Assembly: GCA_963733475.1 (NCBI GenBank)
Contig: CAVTEC010000098.1
Location: 1 to 17,907 of the forward strand
DNA from: an uncultured Alphaproteobacteria bacterium
GTDB lineage: Bacteria > Pseudomonadota > Alphaproteobacteria > Acetobacterales > Acetobacteraceae
Length of the DNA: 17,907 nucleotides
Direction of reading: 5' to 3'
The notes under the pieces were generated by a model. It searched no databases. It was given only the letters and a program-made list of their open reading frames with translations, and was not told the origin of the DNA. Each line of letters begins with the position of its first letter. Within the stretch, counting starts at the first letter, position 1. Below are positions 14,160 through 17,907 of this stretch, piece by piece. A program made the position numbers and the translations under genes.

Positions 14160-15963
14160 CTGGACATAGTCGGTACTGGTTGCCTTTGAACGCGTTGCCA
14201 GTGATCGCGAAATGCGTAGCGCCAGCACTGGCGACGACAGGATATTTTTGTTGCCAGTTCACGCCATATTCCTGGCCTATCCGATTTCCAATAATCGTAA
14301 TGTTGGATGCGGTAGGTCCCAGATTGATGCCGTAGCATACGCCGCTTTGCCCGCCTGCATTCGGAGCCGAGCCGTTGTATATCGCCTGATTGGCTATGGT
14401 TATGTCCGAACCTTGGATTTCGTAGTTGTTGCAACCGGCACTGCCGTTGCGGCCTCCTTGGAAATTAGCAACTTTGACTGCGGGACCAATGAAAACGTTG
14501 TCGTTGGTATTTCGCGAGGAGTGCATCACCGGGTCGGTGAAGTAGATCTCCTGACCAGCGTCGATGCTGATGCCGCGTCCGTTGGAGAATTCAGTTCCCC
14601 AGTCGCTGAATTGCAGGAATTGCGGAGGTGCCGGGTTGCCGACCATGTTGGAGATCTCAAGCGCGGTGCCCTCGACGTTGCTGATCGCCGAATTGTAGCT
14701 GATCACAGTCGCAACGTTCCCGTCGACCCAGAAGCCATAGGATCCAGTTCGCCCTCCTCCGGCTGAGGCGGTAGCGAGATTATTGGCGTATACGTCGTGC
14801 AAGTCGAAACAGCACGCATATTCGCCTGCGGCGGGACCGGATGCCATACGAAAGGTCCAACCTTTGTAGCCCCAGACGTCGACAAACCTGTCATGGCTTG
14901 CTCGCACGTCATTTACATCAAAGAACTCCGGGCCTCGCCAAGGATGATTTACGTAAACGTTGTAATACCCGAAGTTTTGAAAATACCTTACTGTAAGTGC
15001 GTTGCCACCTAGCTTGTTATAACTTGGTTGGTAGATATTCTGCAGGTATCCGCCGAAGAGATATGAAGTTGGCGATGTGCCGATCCACTGGAAATCGTCA
15101 TCGACGCCATAGCTGTTGATGATCGAGCAGGAGCCATAGCCGTTGAAACCGATCATTGCGACGGTAACGCGAACTGACGACGTGATGTTGTAGGTTCCGC
15201 AGGGTAGGTTGATCTCCGCTCCGGCAGCAGCGTTAGCGGTCACGGCAGCATTCAGCGCCGCAGTGTCATCATGCAGCACGAGGGTTTGGGCGATGGAGGT
15301 CCCGGCGGGCGCCGCAAGCGTCAACAACGTTGTATGTGCGCCGCGGATGATAGTTGTGACGAGCCAATCGGCCTGTGCCTTGTCTGGTGGAGATGCGGGA
15401 ATGAATCCTGGCTTCCAATCTGGCGTCCAGCCAGAGTCCATCCAATCCTTTTCGCTACTGGCACCATCGTAACTGTATGGTCCGCCATTGGTGGATTTCC
15501 AGACGACAAAGCCAGCATCACCAGTGCCATAGGTCACAGACAGAATGATGTGATTGGCCGTGCTGAGAGTGGCGTTGCCATTGGTGACAGACACGGCAAT
15601 GGGGACGCCGACCCCACCCGCTAGGTCGATGGGTGCGACTTTGTAGCTATAGGTTGTATTTCCCGCGGTACCTTGCTGTTTCGCCGTGACGTTGGTCACG
15701 GGACCTGCGGAAAAGGTTGGCCCTGCTCCCCAAACAGCAATGCCTTGCCCATCGGCGAAATCGATCGCATCGGCCAATCGGAGTTCACGCCCATCGGCAG
15801 TGATCGTGCCGGTTGTTGATTGGCCGGAGCCGGAGGCGTCGTATGATGTCGCGAATACCTGACTGATGGGAGCGGCACTGGATGGATGTGCCAGGGTCAA
15901 ACAGCAGATGGCGGCCGCAATAAGCCAGCGCCTTTCAGTATGAGTTGAAAGCCAAGTATTCAT
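14128..15963 (-). CDS. secreted right-handed parallel beta-helix protein (pectate-lyase-3 / tailspike-like polysaccharide-active enzyme)
   Basis: 611 aa. Strong SD GGGGAGG 5 nt upstream of ATG 15963. Sec signal peptide MNTWLSTHTERRWLIAAAICCLTLAHPSSA|AP. Pectate_lyase_3-type start block DDTAALNAAVTANAAAGAEINLPCGTYNITSSVRV. Gly/Asn/Ser/Thr-rich strand repeats. G+C visibly lower than flanking genes. Confidence 0.75.
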   Translation of the reverse strand: MNTWLSTHTERRWLIAAAICCLTLAHPSSAAPISQVFATSYDASGSGQSTTGTITADGRELRLADAIDFADGQGIAVWGAGPTFSAGPVTNVTAKQQGTAGNTTYSYKVAPIDLAGGVGVPIAVSVTNGNATLSTANHIILSVTYGTGDAGFVVWKSTNGGPYSYDGASSEKDWMDSGWTPDWKPGFIPASPPDKAQADWLVTTIIRGAHTTLLTLAAPAGTSIAQTLVLHDDTAALNAAVTANAAAGAEINLPCGTYNITSSVRVTVAMIGFNGYGSCSIINSYGVDDDFQWIGTSPTSYLFGGYLQNIYQPSYNKLGGNALTVRYFQNFGYYNVYVNHPWRGPEFFDVNDVRASHDRFVDVWGYKGWTFRMASGPAAGEYACCFDLHDVYANNLATASAGGGRTGSYGFWVDGNVATVISYNSAISNVEGTALEISNMVGNPAPPQFLQFSDWGTEFSNGRGISIDAGQEIYFTDPVMHSSRNTNDNVFIGPAVKVANFQGGRNGSAGCNNYEIQGSDITIANQAIYNGSAPNAGGQSGVCYGINLGPTASNITIIGNRIGQEYGVNWQQKYPVVASAGATHFAITGNAFKGNQYRLCPDERRLFVNSG

Positions 15964-16054
15964 GAGCGCCTCCCCTACGCCGACAATGGATATCGTAGCG
16001 CAACGCTCGAGTTATGTGGCTTTCAAAGTGACGATTACAGGCGTGAAAGTCTCG

Positions 16055-16987
16055 TCAATCAAACAGCGAGCTGACCGAGCTCTCATCGTGGATGCGATGC
16101 ATTGCTTCAGCCATCAACGGGGCCACGGTAAGTTGCCGTATGTTGGGTGCCAGTCGCACCGCCTCGGTCGCGAGAATCGAATCTGTGATCACCATCGTCT
16201 CGATCGGCGAGGAGGCGATCCGTGCTACCGCACCGCCCGATAGCACGCCGTGTGTCACATAGGCGCTGACCGAACGCGCACCCACCTTGATCAGCGCATC
16301 GGCCGCGTTGCAGTGCGTGCCGCCGGAATCCACCATGTCGTCCACCAGGATGCAGTCGCGTCCTGCCACATCGCCGATGACGTTCATCACCTCGGAGTGT
16401 CCCGCGCGCTCGCGCCGCTTGTCGATGATCGCGAGATCGCAGTTGAGCCGTGTCGCGAGCAGTCGGGCTCGGAGCACGCCGCCGACATCGGGTGACACGA
16501 TGATCAGATCGCGACCTTTGTAGTTGTCCTTGATGTCGCGGCTGAACAACGGTTCCGCGTAGAGATTGTCCACCGGAATGTCGAAGAAGCCCTGGATCTG
16601 ACTCGCGTGCAGATCCATGGTCAGCACCCGGTTCGCCCCTGCGGTGGTGATCAGGTTGGCGACCAGCTTGGCGGAAATCGGGGTGCGGGGCGCGGTTTTC
16701 CGATCCTGCCGTGCATAGCCGAAGTACGGAATCACCGCGGTGATCCGTCGCGCCGAACTACGGCGCATCGCATCCAGCGTGACCAGCAACTCCATCAGGG
16801 TATCATTCGCTGGATAGGAGGTGGACTGAACCACGAACACGTCCTCGCCACGTACGTTTTCGTGGATCTCGACGAACACTTCCATGTCGGCGAAACGCCG
16901 GATCGAGGCGCGGGTCAGCGGCAGCTTCAGAGTGGCGGCGACGGCCTCGGCAAGCGGACGGTTGCTGTTGCAAGCGACAATTTTCAT
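16055..16987 (-). CDS. prs: ribose-phosphate pyrophosphokinase (PRPP synthetase)
   Basis: 310 aa. [17 protein letters not shown]..., PRPP-binding loop [16 protein letters not shown] and [12 protein letters not shown] motifs. Full-length. Confidence 0.95.
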   Translation of the reverse strand: MKIVACNSNRPLAEAVAATLKLPLTRASIRRFADMEVFVEIHENVRGEDVFVVQSTSYPANDTLMELLVTLDAMRRSSARRITAVIPYFGYARQDRKTAPRTPISAKLVANLITTAGANRVLTMDLHASQIQGFFDIPVDNLYAEPLFSRDIKDNYKGRDLIIVSPDVGGVLRARLLATRLNCDLAIIDKRRERAGHSEVMNVIGDVAGRDCILVDDMVDSGGTHCNAADALIKVGARSVSAYVTHGVLSGGAVARIASSPIETMVITDSILATEAVRLAPNIRQLTVAPLMAEAMHRIHDESSVSSLFD

Positions 16988-17006
16988 GCTGTGCGGCCGA
17001 CCACTG

Positions 17007-17907
17007 TCATCTGACCGGTTCGACTCCGGTCCGCTGTCCTTCTACCAACGGCTTGCCGGCCTGTCCATTTGCCGGCTTCTGGCCTGGTTCCCGGCCTGAC
17101 TGGCGCGCGATCACATCGTTCACGCCGCCTGCTGCCTCGGTCCCCACCACAACGGCCACGTCGGCCCAATAATGGTTCAACGACCCGGCCGGAATATCGT
17201 TGAGCTGCACAACCTTGCCGCGTTCATCCCCGTCGGGTTTCTTTACCACCCATTGGATTTCCACCCTTTGCTGGTTGCCGGGTATCGGCACCATCTTGAC
17301 GTTTCCCTGGACGATGAAGTCGGCGCCGACGGCGGTATCCTGCACCAGTGGTCCAAGGGCTGCGAGGTGCGCACGCATCTGCTTGGTCAGCGATGCATTG
17401 CCGTCACCGGGCGCGCCGGTCACATCCGGTACTTCGACCTTAGCCAGTCGATTGTATAGACTGTTGGGATCCGCGTGCTGGATGTTGGTCAGCAATGCGG
17501 AAACTTTGGGAGCGGCATCGGCGGCGGCCTTGTCCAAGGTCGCGGCGGAGGCCATGGCCCATGACTGTTCTGGGATGGGGTTGCCCTCGGCCTTGCCTTT
17601 GTCCTGGCCCTTGGGATCGACGACACTGAATACCGGCACGATGAGGTTGCCGCGCGTTTCGGCGGTGGCAATCAGGCGCCAGTCGGCACTATGTGCTGGT
17701 TCTGCGACGGCTGGCACCTCCAGGTCCTGCAAACCTGCCGCCAGCGCGTCGGCGAATTGCCGGCTTGCCTCGTCCGAGAGCAGGGCGTTCGTCGGAGCGG
17801 GGACCACCAGCCGCGGTGTTGGCGGTTGCGACAAGACCTTGCCTTCCGCGCCAGGATTGCCAAGGAACGGCTCGGGCAGATCGCCGCACGATGACAGCAG
17901 GAGAAGC
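17007..17907 (-). CDS. lipoprotein of unknown function (5' end and start codon beyond window edge)
   Basis: The minus-strand frame is open to the window end and reads ...LLLLSSC|[29 protein letters not shown]... (lipobox L-S-S-C). Stop at 17007-17009, 19 nt upstream of the prs start, so probably co-transcribed with prs. Confidence 0.55.
   Translation of the reverse strand, partial: LLLLSSCGDLPEPFLGNPGAEGKVLSQPPTPRLVVPAPTNALLSDEASRQFADALAAGLQDLEVPAVAEPAHSADWRLIATAETRGNLIVPVFSVVDPKGQDKGKAEGNPIPEQSWAMASAATLDKAAADAAPKVSALLTNIQHADPNSLYNRLAKVEVPDVTGAPGDGNASLTKQMRAHLAALGPLVQDTAVGADFIVQGNVKMVPIPGNQQRVEIQWVVKKPDGDERGKVVQLNDIPAGSLNHYWADVAVVVGTEAAGGVNDVIARQSGREPGQKPANGQAGKPLVEGQRTGVEPVR

Noticed and set aside
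17016-17040. tRNA T-arm-like hairpin GACCGG-TTCGACT-CCGGTC
   Set aside because: It lies inside the lipoprotein CDS (encoding ...GVEPVR*). There is no D-arm, anticodon arm or acceptor stem of matching geometry.
1-17907. Search for a multi-gene defence, secretion or phage system (the 'exciting system' prompt)
   Set aside because: Gene content is metabolic, housekeeping or single-gene accessory. The flotillin lacks an NfeD partner. The IS is a simple IS with no cargo. The beta-helix gene has no phage neighbours. I could not support any claim of a novel multi-component system from this sequence.

Overview
High-G+C segment of ordinary housekeeping/accessory-metabolism genes. By composition and gene content it looks alphaproteobacterial and Rhizobiales-like, but that is inference. 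I see no rRNA or tRNA genes, no CRISPR array and no recognisable multi-gene defence, secretion or phage system. Left to right the window holds: a crotonase-family enoyl-CoA hydratase and an epoxide hydrolase whose frame is internally broken (possible two-gene operon); a secreted DUF1311/DUF3298-type gene split at a CTAG site by a complete IS630-family element, with a TA target duplication and an A8 slippery site between the two transposase frames; a DUF1348 (NTF2-like) gene; a stand-alone flotillin/SPFH protein; a low-GC inverted-repeat (MITE-like) element between convergent genes; an LVIVD-repeat beta-propeller protein divergent from a GYD-domain protein; an AEC-family transporter; a tandem-EthD plus sulfotransferase gene pair with visibly lower G+C; a HIBADH-family dehydrogenase; a lower-G+C islet encoding a signal-peptide right-handed beta-helix (pectate-lyase-3-like) protein with an overlapping small ORF; prs; and a lipoprotein gene running off the window end. 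The most distinctive signals are the reconstructable IS630 insertion, the paired compensating frameshifts in the epoxide hydrolase, a perfect TGTGA-N6-TCACA box in a divergent promoter region, the GTTTCAC-rich inverted-repeat element, and the lower-G+C beta-helix islet next to prs. The long antisense ORFs in the six-frame track are high-GC artefacts.
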